Shown in pieces: positions 1 through 8,998 of a DNA stretch of 64,000 bases. Source of the DNA: an uncultured Gammaproteobacteria bacterium (lineage in GTDB: Bacteria; Patescibacteriota; Patescibacteriia; Patescibacteriales; Patescibacteriaceae); contig CAZIOP010000001.1 in NCBI GenBank assembly GCA_964540895.1, positions 187,596 to 251,595 of the forward strand. Reading direction: 5' to 3'. The translations under genes and the position numbers were made by a program. The notes under the pieces were generated by a model that worked only from the letters and a program-made list of their open reading frames with translations, made no database searches and was not told the DNA's origin. Numbering within the stretch: the first letter of the stretch is position 1; every line of letters begins with the position of its first letter.

Positions 1-82
1 TACCTGCTTGCGAAAAATGATCTCGCAAGGCGTCGTCGTTGGAACCGTAAGAGATTCCGCCGACATATAGTTTCTTTGCCAT
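1..82 (-). CDS. RNA-binding protein (RRM/RNP-1 type), N-terminal fragment; gene runs off the left edge
   Basis: Minus-strand ATG at 82. Translation MAKKLYVGGISYGSNDDALRDHFSQAG resembles the beta-1/RNP-2 start of small bacterial RRM proteins. Confidence 0.6.
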   Translation of the reverse strand, partial: MAKKLYVGGISYGSNDDALRDHFSQAG

Positions 83-245
83 ACTAACTGTCTCTTAAAG
101 AATAAATTGTAAGTCGACTTGTCCTGCCTGTGGCAGGCCTGTTCATACTTCGTTTTAAGAGACCTATCGAGGCTCGCAAACTTTCGTAAGAAACACTTAC
201 AAGTAATTCCAGAATAGCGGAAGTTTAATAGAAAGTCAATCACCC

Positions 246-851
246 TTATTTTGCAGAAAAATTCTTTTCTACCGTCTCCCAATTGATTATATTCCAGAAG
301 GCATTAACGTAATCAGCTCGCTTATTTTGATATTGTAAGTAATAGGCATGTTCCCAAACATCAAGTCCAAGTATTGGTTTTAATCCTTTCATTACGGGGT
401 TATCTTGTAGGGGAGTAGCTTCAATAATTAGTTTGCCAGTATTATCTTGACTTAACCAGGTCCAACCACTGCCAAATTGATTAGTGGCTGTTTGGGTAAA
501 TTGTTCTTTGAATGTTTCAAAACTACCAAAATCATGATTAATAGCTTGTAAGAAATCACCTGTTGGTTCTATACCATTATTTATTTTTAATAAATTCCAA
601 AACATCGAATGGTTAAGGTGCCCGCCACCATGATTACGGACTGCTGTACGGATATCTTCTGGTACCTTTGTTAGGTCAGCCAGTAATATCTCTAAGGGTT
701 GTTCAAAGAGTTCAGGGTGTTTTTCTAATGCCGCATTTAACTTATCAACATAGGTTTGATGATGTTTGTCATGATGAATCTCCATTGTTTTGGCATCAAT
801 GAATGGTTCAAGAGCGTCAAAGCTATATGATAGGGCAGGGAGAATATGCAT
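246..851 (-). CDS. sodA: Fe/Mn-family superoxide dismutase
   Basis: 201-aa ORF with HHDKHH, GGGHLNHS and DVWEHAYY signatures of Fe/Mn SOD. Metal specificity cannot be judged by eye. Confidence 0.95.
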   Translation of the reverse strand: MHILPALSYSFDALEPFIDAKTMEIHHDKHHQTYVDKLNAALEKHPELFEQPLEILLADLTKVPEDIRTAVRNHGGGHLNHSMFWNLLKINNGIEPTGDFLQAINHDFGSFETFKEQFTQTATNQFGSGWTWLSQDNTGKLIIEATPLQDNPVMKGLKPILGLDVWEHAYYLQYQNKRADYVNAFWNIINWETVEKNFSAK

Positions 852-881
852 ATATAGGCAAGTATACCATAGAAACTTTAT

Positions 882-909
882 TTGACTAGCTTTAGTGCTA
901 TGGTATGCT
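882..909 (+). promoter_or_regulatory. sigma70-like promoter TTGACT-16-TATGCT; the ATG of mnmA lies 6 nt downstream (leaderless-like)
   Basis: TTGACT at 882-887 and TATGCT at 904-909, then tcggat, then ATG at 916. Confidence 0.4.
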
Positions 910-915
910 TCGGAT

Positions 916-1989
916 ATGAAATTAGCTAAAAAAATCAGAGTAGTAGTTGGTTTGTCAGGCGGCGTTGATTCATCAGTCGCTGCTGCTTTGCTACTTAAAA
1001 AAGGCTATGAAGTGATTGGAGTTTTTATGAAAAATTGGAGTGAAGATGTCGGTGACTTCTGTTGTAGCTGGTCTGAAGATCTGGAAGATGCCAGACGAGT
1101 AGCTCAAACACTTGGAATTCGTTTTTATGTGTGGAACTTTGAGAAAGAATATAAAAAACAGGTTATTAGCTATTTCTTTAACGAATACCGAGCAGGAAGA
1201 ACTCCTAACCCTGATGTTATGTGTAATCGGGAGATTAAATTTAAATTATTTTTAGAAAAAGCATTACGCTTCGGAGCTGATTTTGTGGCTACTGGTCATT
1301 ATGCCAGGGTAAAAAAAGTTGGTGATAGTTTCAGATTATTAAAAGGAAAAGACAGTAATAAAGATCAAACGTATTTTTTATATACCTTAACTCAAAAAGA
1401 ATTACGTCATGCCCTGTTTCCCATCGGTGAATATAAGAAACCAGATGTTCGTATTTTAGCCAAGAAGTTTAATCTCCCAACTTTTGCCAAAAAAGATTCG
1501 CAAGGTATTTGTTTTATTGGTGAAGTTGATATTAAGGAATTACTACAACAACAAATTAAACCAAAAGCAGGACAGATTGTTGATACAGTTGGTAATATCT
1601 TAGGTAAACATGATGGCTTCCCATTCTACACGTTAGGGCAGAGAGGTGGTCTTGATGTGGGTGGTAAGGGACCTTATTATGTTGTGGCTAAAAACAAAAA
1701 AAAGAATCAGATTATTGTAAGTGATAACCCCAATGATCCGTTGTTATGGCGAAAAGAGTGTTTGATTACTGAGCTTAGTTGGACAAGAAGATTAGAAGTT
1801 CCTGAAAAATTAGAAGTAACTATCCGCTACCGTCATGCTACTGAAACTGCTAGTATTAGAGTTATAGCAAAGAATAAAGCTAGACTTATGTTTACTAATC
1901 CTCAACGAGCTATTACACCCGGCCAAGCAGCAGTTTTTTATATCAAAGATGAATTGATTGGCGGGGGAGTAATTGATGAAGTTATATGA
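916..1989 (+). CDS. mnmA: tRNA-specific 2-thiouridylase MnmA
   Basis: SGGVDSS PP-loop, CNREIKF and DSQGICFIG motifs. ATG at 916 preferred over the GTG at 895 reported in the ORF track. Confidence 0.93.
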   Translation: MKLAKKIRVVVGLSGGVDSSVAAALLLKKGYEVIGVFMKNWSEDVGDFCCSWSEDLEDARRVAQTLGIRFYVWNFEKEYKKQVISYFFNEYRAGRTPNPDVMCNREIKFKLFLEKALRFGADFVATGHYARVKKVGDSFRLLKGKDSNKDQTYFLYTLTQKELRHALFPIGEYKKPDVRILAKKFNLPTFAKKDSQGICFIGEVDIKELLQQQIKPKAGQIVDTVGNILGKHDGFPFYTLGQRGGLDVGGKGPYYVVAKNKKKNQIIVSDNPNDPLLWRKECLITELSWTRRLEVPEKLEVTIRYRHATETASIRVIAKNKARLMFTNPQRAITPGQAAVFYIKDELIGGGVIDEVI

Positions 1990-2531
1990 GACAAGAAATT
2001 GAAGTTAAGGTTAGAGTAGCTGATTTAGCTACTATTGCTTCTAAACTAGAGGCAAGTGGTTGTGTTTTGTCTGATCGTGCTTTACAAGAAGATGAAATTT
2101 TTGCGAATTTTACTCCGTTTGATGTTTTTGCAACTGGTAATACTATATTACGTATTAGAAAAAGTAATAATAAAATGCTGTTTACCGTAAAGAAAAGCCA
2201 AACTACTGATTTAGACTGCTTAGAAAGAGAGGTTGAGATAGAAAATGCCGAGGAAATGAAAGAAGCAATTTTGTTAATGGGATATTATGAAGCAGTTCGG
2301 GTAAAGAAGTATCGTCAAAAAACTCGTTATATGGATTATGAAATTTGTCTAGATGAAGTTGATAATCTTGGTTCATTTGTAGAAATTGAAAAAATTACCG
2401 AGAATGAAACTGCTGAAAAAGTTTTCAGTGAGTTATTAGAAATACTTAGGAGTTTCGGAATAAAAGAAGAAGATCGGGTGATACATGGCTATGATACATT
2501 GCTGTATAGAAAGCAAAAAGAGAAGAAATGA
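1986..2531 (+). CDS. CYTH-domain protein (class IV adenylate cyclase / triphosphatase family)
   Basis: N-terminal EIEVKVRV (ExExK) motif and about 180 aa length. ATGA overlap with the mnmA stop. Confidence 0.75.
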   Translation: MRQEIEVKVRVADLATIASKLEASGCVLSDRALQEDEIFANFTPFDVFATGNTILRIRKSNNKMLFTVKKSQTTDLDCLEREVEIENAEEMKEAILLMGYYEAVRVKKYRQKTRYMDYEICLDEVDNLGSFVEIEKITENETAEKVFSELLEILRSFGIKEEDRVIHGYDTLLYRKQKEKK

Positions 2532-2540
2532 TATTACATA

Positions 2541-2569
2541 AAAATCTCCAGCTTATACTGGAGATTTTT
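2541..2569 (+). terminator. intrinsic terminator after the CYTH gene
   Basis: aaaatctccag-cttata-ctggagatttt hairpin followed by a T-run. Confidence 0.75.
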
Positions 2570-2583
2570 ATGTTTATAAGTTA

Positions 2584-2736
2584 TTACTGTAGCACTTTTT
2601 CACCACGAATAACGCGAATCAAAACAACAATAATAGCAATGACTAGTAAGACATGAATAAATCCGCCAATCGTGAATTTAGTGATTAGTCCTAATAACCA
2701 GAGAATAACTAAAACAATAGCGATTGTGTAAAGCAT
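2584..2736 (-). CDS. small membrane protein (lmo0937-like family), 50 aa; absent from the ORF track
   Basis: Hand translation: MLYTIAIVLVILWLLGLITKFTIGGFIHVLLVIAIIVVLIRVIRGEKVLQ*. Two hydrophobic helices with the typical GGxIH core. Confidence 0.55.
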   Translation of the reverse strand: MLYTIAIVLVILWLLGLITKFTIGGFIHVLLVIAIIVVLIRVIRGEKVLQ

Positions 2737-2816
2737 ACGCGTATAGATTAGTGAATTAAGACGGGATTCTTAATCTAATATACGTCTGTATGACTATATA
2801 GTTACGCTTCTAATGA

Positions 2817-3206
2817 TTACATTAAAGTTTTCCTGATTATATTAGCCATTTCAGCTAATTCTTCTGGTGTAGCATCAACAGCTTGGTTTGGCTCTAATTC
2901 TTGTCCTGAGTTAATAGGTACAAGATGAATATGCACATGGTCAATGGCAAAGCCTTCAATGAGAAAACCAATTCGTTTGGCTTGTGTAGCTTGTTTTAGT
3001 TTGATAGCAATTTTTCTGGCAACCCGCATTAGTTCAATGTAATCTTCGTCTTCCATATCTAAGACATCACCAACTACTTTTTTGGGTACTACTAGTAGAT
3101 GCCCTGGTTTAATTGGTTTAATATCTAGAAACGCAATGTGTGTATCATTTTCAAAAACTATTTCAGCTGGAATTTCTCTAGCAATAATTTTTTCAAAAAG
3201 AGTCAT
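2817..3206 (-). CDS. HIT-family (histidine triad) nucleotide hydrolase
   Basis: HVHIHLVP histidine-triad motif; 129 aa. Confidence 0.9.
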   Translation of the reverse strand: MTLFEKIIAREIPAEIVFENDTHIAFLDIKPIKPGHLLVVPKKVVGDVLDMEDEDYIELMRVARKIAIKLKQATQAKRIGFLIEGFAIDHVHIHLVPINSGQELEPNQAVDATPEELAEMANIIRKTLM

Positions 3207-3207
3207 A

Positions 3208-4164
3208 TTATGTGTAGGTTAATAAAAATTTTTTAACAGTTGTTTCTACTTCTTCAATATTTTCTGTTTGCATTAAATCCATACGTAATTCTTTGGCACC
3301 ATCAAAGCCATTCGCATAGGCTTTGTAATGTTTTCGCATTATATGAAATGATTTGATGTTGCCCAGTAGTTCATTGAATAGTCGAGTATGTTCAAGCATA
3401 ACATCTAGTTTTTCTGGAACGGGAATATCTTCAACATGTTTATTGGGGTTAAATAACCATGGATTACCAAAGATTGCTCGACCAAGCATGATACCGCCAC
3501 AACCCGTCATTTCAGCTTTGGCACGAGCATCGTTTAAATCAATTACATCGCCATTACCAACAATGACCGTAGTTGTTCCTTTAGCAATATTAACTGCTTC
3601 GGCAACTGTGTTCCAGTTAGCTGGCACTTTGGACATTTCTTTACGAGTTCGAGCGTGAATGGTTATCATTGCTGGTTTTTCAGCTAAGAGTTCAGGCAAC
3701 CAAGTTGACAGAATATTCTTAGTATCACCAATTCTTGTTTTAACAGAAAGTGGAATTTTTGGTGCTCCGGCTTTGGCAGCTTTCATTAATTCACGGGCAA
3801 GAGATGGATTTTTAATTAAACAAGCACCAGCACCTTGTTTCATAACATTTTTGTCAGGACAACCCATATTAATATCAATGCCATCAAAACCCAACTCTTG
3901 AATTAATTGAGCTGCACCAAACATTTTTTCTGGATCAGCGGTAAAGAGTTGAGCAATCAGGGGTCGTTCACTTTCTGAATATAATAAATCAGGTAGTAAT
4001 CGATCTCGACCCACTGACATAAGACCATCAGCTGAAACAAATTCGGTGTACATGATATCTGGTTTGCCATATTTGGCAATCAGACGTCTGAACGCAGCGT
4101 CAGTAACGTTAGCTAAGGGTGCCATGACAAAGAATGGTTGTTTAAGATGATGAATGAAACACAT
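3208..4164 (-). CDS. dus: tRNA-dihydrouridine synthase
   Basis: APLANVTD, DINMGCP and HARTR motifs of the Dus TIM-barrel family. The true start may be the internal MAPL. Confidence 0.9.
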   Translation of the reverse strand: MCFIHHLKQPFFVMAPLANVTDAAFRRLIAKYGKPDIMYTEFVSADGLMSVGRDRLLPDLLYSESERPLIAQLFTADPEKMFGAAQLIQELGFDGIDINMGCPDKNVMKQGAGACLIKNPSLARELMKAAKAGAPKIPLSVKTRIGDTKNILSTWLPELLAEKPAMITIHARTRKEMSKVPANWNTVAEAVNIAKGTTTVIVGNGDVIDLNDARAKAEMTGCGGIMLGRAIFGNPWLFNPNKHVEDIPVPEKLDVMLEHTRLFNELLGNIKSFHIMRKHYKAYANGFDGAKELRMDLMQTENIEEVETTVKKFLLTYT

Positions 4165-4173
4165 GAAAGTTTT

Positions 4174-4740
4174 TTAAGTAAAGAGTGTTTTAGCACCGGT
4201 AATAAGAAGCCAAATGCCAATAGTGTTTAATACAAATGACAGAATAATAAAATGCCATTTTTTTATTTTGTACGCTGACAGCAAAGGAACACCAAGTTCA
4301 TCAGGTAGAGGAGAAGCAATAATCAAAGCGCCAATTACTGGTGTTAGCCAGAGAAAGTATTTGCTATGCAGTATATGACTGACTGGTGAATTGTTGAAAC
4401 GTTCTATTAATGGATCTAGTTCGGTGAAGACATGACCCTTGAAGAGGCTATAGATAATAAAATCTCCAATGACTGAACCAAGGCCAGCTAGGATTGCTAA
4501 CTCAACTAAGTTAAGTCGATCGGATAGATCATAAAGTACCAAGAGAGCAGGAGCAGCAGTGAAGGTCATGACTGAAAAGATTCCGGCTATGACTGCTCCA
4601 ATATAGCCCCATTCTCCAAGGCTGAGGAGAGCCAATTTAACTGTGTAATTTTGTGACAGGATAAAAAAGATCACCAAACTTAGCCCAAGTAAGGTCAGGT
4701 TTTTATAACGCCAATGAAAATGCTTTTTTTCAAACCACAT
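4174..4740 (-). CDS. polytopic membrane protein (DedA/VTT-like, tentative)
   Basis: 188-aa ORF with 4-5 hydrophobic segments. No catalytic motif recognised. Confidence 0.55.
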   Translation of the reverse strand: MWFEKKHFHWRYKNLTLLGLSLVIFFILSQNYTVKLALLSLGEWGYIGAVIAGIFSVMTFTAAPALLVLYDLSDRLNLVELAILAGLGSVIGDFIIYSLFKGHVFTELDPLIERFNNSPVSHILHSKYFLWLTPVIGALIIASPLPDELGVPLLSAYKIKKWHFIILSFVLNTIGIWLLITGAKTLFT

Positions 4741-4832
4741 ATGATAAGTATAGGTTTGAATGCTAAATTTTACAATTTTTACTAAAAAAATGACTAATAT
4801 TAGTTATTATAAAAGGATGAGATTAAATATAC

Positions 4833-4861
4833 TTGACAAAATATTGATAGTATGATATAGT
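4833..4861 (+). promoter_or_regulatory. promoter TTGACA-N14-TGA-TATAGT with no CDS downstream
   Basis: TTGACA at 4833-4838, 17-nt spacer ending in TGA, TATAGT at 4856-4861. Confidence 0.5.
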
Positions 4862-4867
4862 AGTAGA

Positions 4868-4993
4868 TTAAATTGCTCATTTAATTTAACAGAAACCAAC
4901 CTCGAGTATCCCTTCGAGACAACCCATCAACTAACCGCAGCTCGACATTTCTTTGAGAAGCTTCACATTACATATAATATGAGGCTTTTTTCT
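4868..4993 (+). ncRNA. candidate ~125-nt small RNA (promoter to terminator, no credible ORF)
   Basis: Hairpins attaaat-tgctc-atttaat and ctcga-gtatccct-tcgag, then a terminator aagcttca...tgaggctt plus T-run at 4958-4993. Confidence 0.3.
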
Positions 4994-5009
4994 TTGTCAG
5001 AATGAATTT

Positions 5010-5038
5010 TTGACTTTATTTGTAGAGAGTAGTAAAGT
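5010..5038 (+). promoter_or_regulatory. weaker promoter TTGACT-17-TAAAGT
   Basis: TTGACT at 5010-5015 and TAAAGT at 5033-5038. Confidence 0.35.
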
Positions 5039-5044
5039 GTTGTT

Positions 5045-5318
5045 CAAGAAGAAAAGTATAAGTTCTTTAGATATCTAATAATAGAAGCAAATGCTATGAC
5101 GACGTCTTTTTCTCAGCTAGTTCAGCTTAAAAGATCTGAAGCGGTTTAAACCACTAGCTTTGGTACCTTGCTTTTTAGAGCAACTACTTTTTTGATTGAA
5201 TAGAAAAATATTGGGTACAAACCGATAGTAGTAGTAACTTTGTTTCTATTTCCCGGGGAAATCCATATTATTTCATATATACATATGAATAGGATATGAA
5301 ATCGAACCGGGTTTTTTA
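5045..5318 (+). ncRNA. candidate ~270-nt structured RNA or attenuating leader upstream of dsbB
   Basis: Nested stems: agctagt(5114)...actagct(5158), the ggtttaaacc palindrome, atttcatat...atatgaaat. Ends in cccgg(5252)...ccggg(5311) plus T6, 37 nt before the dsbB ATG. Confidence 0.25.
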
Positions 5319-5354
5319 TTTGCCCAAAAAGGCTAGATACTATAAAATTTAGAT

Positions 5355-5765
5355 ATGAAAAGATATATCCAAGACTACGCTTTGCCGGTATGTTTAGTAA
5401 TTGCTATAGCTGGTTTATTAGGTAGTTTATACTTTAGCGAAGTTTTGCATTTTATTCCTTGTGTTCTTTGTTGGTATCAACGTATTTTGTTGTATCCGTT
5501 AGTGCCGTTATTTGCTATTGGTTTAGTTACCAGAGATCGTAATGTTTGGAAATATGGATTACTTTCAGTTATCATTAGTGCCGGAGTGGGCATCTATCAG
5601 TTGCTGCTTGTGTATGGAGTTATTAAAACATCGTCCTGTTTAGTGGGAATTTCATGTGCGGCTATTCAATGGTCGTTACTTGGTTTTATCACCATTCCGT
5701 TATTAGCTTTTCTAGAAGCCATTGTTATTTTAATATTATTATTACTGTATCGTAAATACGTATAA
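5355..5765 (+). CDS. dsbB: disulfide bond formation protein B (DsbB/BdbC family)
   Basis: Four TM segments, CVLCWYQR CxxC in the first loop, second Cys pair (SSCLVGISCAA). Confidence 0.85.
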   Translation: MKRYIQDYALPVCLVIAIAGLLGSLYFSEVLHFIPCVLCWYQRILLYPLVPLFAIGLVTRDRNVWKYGLLSVIISAGVGIYQLLLVYGVIKTSSCLVGISCAAIQWSLLGFITIPLLAFLEAIVILILLLLYRKYV

Positions 5766-5769
5766 CTCT

Positions 5770-6411
5770 ATGCCTAAAGAATATAAAATATTATTAGGAA
5801 TTGGTTTAGGAGCTATTATATTAGGACTTCTATTATTTAAATTTGCCGGTGCTCCTAAGCAATCAGCGCCAATTACTGATCGAGTTGGTGTTTATACTAA
5901 AGGTTCGGAAACGGCCGCCGTAACTTTAACTGAATTTGCTGATTTTCAATGCCCAGCTTGTCGTTCAGCTAATGATTTACCAGGTCAGATTTTGTCTAAT
6001 TATCCTAATGATGTAAGATTTGTCTTTCGTCACTTTCCTCTAACTAGCCATCCGTTTGCTAATGTTTCCGCCCTGGCAGCTGAAGCAGCAGGTGCTCAAG
6101 GAAAGTTTTGGGAAATGCATGATATGTTATATGACAAACAAGATGAGTGGGGTAATTTAGGTGCGCCTGTTTCTCGTGACAGAGTTATTGAATATTTTAA
6201 AAGTTATGCCGGGCAATTAGGAATAAATGTTGAAACATTTGCTAAGGCTATTGATACTAATGCTTTTATCACTGCTATTAACGAAGATATTTCAGCCGGT
6301 ACTGCTTCTGGGGTTAATGCCACCCCGACGTTTTTTGTAAATAATACTAAGATTAATGAACCTAGTTTTGCTGAGATTAAGAAGGAGATTGATAGGGTGT
6401 TAGGTAGATAA
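5770..6411 (+). CDS. DsbA-family thiol:disulfide oxidoreductase, membrane-anchored
   Basis: N-terminal TM, FADFQCPACR thioredoxin-fold CPxC, GVNATPTFFVN cis-Pro loop. Sits 4 nt after dsbB. Confidence 0.85.
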   Translation: MPKEYKILLGIGLGAIILGLLLFKFAGAPKQSAPITDRVGVYTKGSETAAVTLTEFADFQCPACRSANDLPGQILSNYPNDVRFVFRHFPLTSHPFANVSALAAEAAGAQGKFWEMHDMLYDKQDEWGNLGAPVSRDRVIEYFKSYAGQLGINVETFAKAIDTNAFITAINEDISAGTASGVNATPTFFVNNTKINEPSFAEIKKEIDRVLGR

Positions 6412-6427
6412 TTGTTATAAATAAAAC

Positions 6428-6453
6428 GACCCGTCATTATGGCGGGTCTTTTT
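6428..6453. terminator. bidirectional intrinsic terminator between convergent genes
   Basis: gacccg-tcattatgg-cgggtc, flanked by an A-run and a T-run. Confidence 0.6.
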
Positions 6454-6471
6454 AGTTTTTGATTATTTTAT

Positions 6472-7002
6472 TTAGGTGAGTTTTATCAGATCTTTTATTT
6501 CGACAACTTTGATATTACTCTGTTGCCAGGTGAATATTTCTCTTATTCTTTTTCTGAATAGGTATTCGATGTTGATTTTCTTTAAATCATCCAGAGTTAT
6601 CAACTCTTTTGTTAATTTTTGATCTGTGGGTGTGTTTGTATAAAGATATTTTAATTTACCCTTAACTATAAAACATTTATAGTTAGGGTTTGATCGTCCT
6701 CTGTATGCACCAACAGACTTAGGATAGAATATGCCCTTTCCATTAACGTGATGGGCAAAAATAATATCGTTATTTTGGGTAATAACAATACCAATTTTTG
6801 TCTCACATTGTGAATTGAAAGCAATTGTTTCGGCTTCTTTTAGAAAATTGTTAATTCTTCCACCTTCCCCATTTATTAAATGAGGAGTTTTGAAATAACC
6901 TTCAAGTTTTTTTTGTGGGTAAGGATAAACAGAGGTTGAATTATTGGCTCCTTCTCTATTTCCGTTTGTTTCTGTTTCAAAGTTTTTTTGACTCTGATTC
7001 AT
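6472..7002 (-). CDS. orphan hypothetical protein (176 aa) with a strong SD
   Basis: GAAGGAGGcgaaATG upstream on the minus strand. No family recognised. Confidence 0.6.
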   Translation of the reverse strand: MNQSQKNFETETNGNREGANNSTSVYPYPQKKLEGYFKTPHLINGEGGRINNFLKEAETIAFNSQCETKIGIVITQNNDIIFAHHVNGKGIFYPKSVGAYRGRSNPNYKCFIVKGKLKYLYTNTPTDQKLTKELITLDDLKKINIEYLFRKRIREIFTWQQSNIKVVEIKDLIKLT

Positions 7003-7063
7003 TTCGCCTCCTTCTTTTTTTAAAGTTTATTCAAAGATAGCAAATAATTCCTTAAAAATCAAG

Positions 7064-7573
7064 TTAGGAGGGAGCTGTTGTTTGGGTTGTTCGTTTCTTA
7101 CGGAAAAACCAAATACTATAACCAACAATAATAGCAATCCAATTAGGGAAAAAGATCCAAGGGTGACCCCAGGAAATGCCATCAAATTTGTAACTAAACA
7201 ATGGCCAGAGAAACGGTGTGGCAAAGAAAGCGGCGGAATGAGTAAAAATATCAAGTACTATATGGAAAGGCCAGGCCAATAACGGCATGAAAGGGCGTTT
7301 ACGTATTAGCCAGACAATACTAAATACTACTGCAAAAACAATGAGACTGTGGGTAATATTATAGAGTACATGAACATAGGTCGGGATATCAGCGTTAGTA
7401 GGTGCTTCTGACCAACTTACTTGTGTACCAATATTCAGCATATTAGCTATCATTAACAAACCAAATGACAACACATCAGGCAATACGCCAAACAGAAAAG
7501 ATAGCCAGTAGTATTTTTTACTGGTGCGACCAAAGGCTAGTCCGCCCCAGAGTCCATGAGAAACAACATCCAT
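7064..7573 (-). CDS. membrane-bound metal-dependent hydrolase (YdjM/DUF457-like)
   Basis: Starts MDVVSHGLWGG, with later HSL and DIFTHS His motifs. ATG at 7573 chosen so it does not overlap gpmA; the track start at 7663 is an extension. Confidence 0.6.
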   Translation of the reverse strand: MDVVSHGLWGGLAFGRTSKKYYWLSFLFGVLPDVLSFGLLMIANMLNIGTQVSWSEAPTNADIPTYVHVLYNITHSLIVFAVVFSIVWLIRKRPFMPLLAWPFHIVLDIFTHSAAFFATPFLWPLFSYKFDGISWGHPWIFFPNWIAIIVGYSIWFFRKKRTTQTTAPS

Positions 7574-7595
7574 TATTTTATGATATGATAGGAAG

Positions 7596-8285
7596 ATGAA
7601 ACAAGCAAATTTAGTATTACTTCGACACGGTGAGAGTATCTGGAACAAAAAAGGAATCTTCACTGGTTGGGTTGATATTGGTTTATCAAAGAAAGGAGAA
7701 ACAGAAGCTCGTCAGGCTGGACGATTGTTAAAACGTCGTGGCTATATATTTGATTGTGCCTATACTTCAGTTTTGAAACGAGCTATCAGAACCTTAGATT
7801 TAGTCTTGAAAGAAGCTCATATCTCTAAACTTCCAACAACTAAGACCTGGCGGTTAAACGAACGTCATTACGGAGCTTTGCAGGGTCAATCTAAAGCAGC
7901 CATTGAAAAAGAATTTGGTGTTAAACAATTTTTAGCTTGGCGAAGAGGGTATACTACAAGACCACCGTTACTGACTAAACCAATGAAGGGACAGTGTAGT
8001 CCTAAGGCTTGTGGGTTAACGTTGGACGAGTTTCCTCACGCTGAGTCATTACAAGATACCTATAAACGGGTAATTCCAGTCTGGAAAAAAGATATTCTAC
8101 CTGCTTTGAAAAAAGGAAACAATGTAATCATTTCAGCCCATGGTAATAGTTTACGAGCTTTAGTTAAGTATATAGATGGGATCAGTGATCAACAGATTAC
8201 TCGATTAGAGATTCCTACAGGTAAACCACTGTGCTATCAAATTTCTTCTAGAGGTGTTGTTCAGAAAAAATGGTATTTGAAATAA
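7596..8285 (+). CDS. gpmA: 2,3-bisphosphoglycerate-dependent phosphoglycerate mutase
   Basis: LVLLRHGESIWN catalytic-His motif, RLNERHYG, SAHGNSLRAL. TATGAT lies 6 nt before the ATG. Confidence 0.93.
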   Translation: MKQANLVLLRHGESIWNKKGIFTGWVDIGLSKKGETEARQAGRLLKRRGYIFDCAYTSVLKRAIRTLDLVLKEAHISKLPTTKTWRLNERHYGALQGQSKAAIEKEFGVKQFLAWRRGYTTRPPLLTKPMKGQCSPKACGLTLDEFPHAESLQDTYKRVIPVWKKDILPALKKGNNVIISAHGNSLRALVKYIDGISDQQITRLEIPTGKPLCYQISSRGVVQKKWYLK

Positions 8286-8376
8286 GGTGAGAAATGTTTG
8301 AAATTATTAACTAATTACTTAGTTAATAAAATCACGTATACTCTTTCCGCCAGTTGAAGTGGCCTTATCGTAAGAC

Positions 8377-8405
8377 TTGACAGAGTTCGTATTTTAAGAG
8401 ATAAT
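8377..8405 (+). promoter_or_regulatory. promoter TTGACA-17-GATAAT for rpmB
   Basis: TTGACA at 8377-8382 and GATAAT at 8400-8405. Confidence 0.55.
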
Positions 8406-8438
8406 GAGCCTATTGTTTAAATTTATAGAAAAGTATCT

Positions 8439-8675
8439 ATGTCCACACAATGCCAATTAACTGGAAAGAAAGCAACCAGCGGATTTAATAAAAGTCACTC
8501 TAATCGCCGAACTAAGCGTAAGTTTCGACCTAATTTGCAAGAGAAAAAAGTAGTTAACCCTAAAACTGGACGAACTATTAAATTAACTCTAAGCACTACT
8601 GCGTTAAAGACTTTAAAGAAATGGGATAAAGCTGGTAAAGTCTATGATCTAGCTGCTATTACTTCTAAGCGCTAA
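8439..8675 (+). CDS. rpmB: 50S ribosomal protein L28
   Basis: [34 protein letters not shown] is a typical L28 N-terminus. Confidence 0.93.
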   Translation: MSTQCQLTGKKATSGFNKSHSNRRTKRKFRPNLQEKKVVNPKTGRTIKLTLSTTALKTLKKWDKAGKVYDLAAITSKR

Positions 8676-8697
8676 CTTCCATACATTCTCTAACTAT

Positions 8698-8722
8698 AAA
8701 AGACACCAATTTGGTGTCTTTT
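8698..8722. terminator. bidirectional terminator between rpmB and the HTH gene
   Basis: aaaagacacc-aattt-ggtgtctttt. Confidence 0.7.
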
Positions 8723-8984
8723 AGTTTTTCCACTTATCCACATACTGACCTAGGCCAAAGTTAGTAAATTTATTTCTAAGCTTAGTATTTTTCAGTAACC
8801 AGATTATTAAGGTCATTAGATTAATTAGATATCGGTTACGAACAATCTTATAGGTAAGCATACCAGAACCAAGTCCACGGCGAATAGTTTTAGTTTGGAC
8901 TCCGCCAATTTTAGCAGCCTCTGAAACAGATAACCAAATTGGGCTGGTAACTTCACTCGGAGGTAGCTGATCAATGGTTTTCAT
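8721..8984 (-). CDS. helix-turn-helix DNA-binding protein (excisionase/MerR-like HTH_17 type)
   Basis: LSVSEAAKIGGVQTKTIRRGLGSGML helix-turn-helix segment; 87 aa. Confidence 0.65.
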   Translation of the reverse strand: MKTIDQLPPSEVTSPIWLSVSEAAKIGGVQTKTIRRGLGSGMLTYKIVRNRYLINLMTLIIWLLKNTKLRNKFTNFGLGQYVDKWKN

Positions 8985-8998
8985 AAAACCGATATTTA

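Noticed and set aside
3353-3901. ORFs 3353-3658 and 3659-3901 on the plus strand.
   Set aside because: They lie entirely antisense within the well-supported dus gene. Their Ser/Leu/Pro-rich translations have no motif, which is typical of shadow ORFs.
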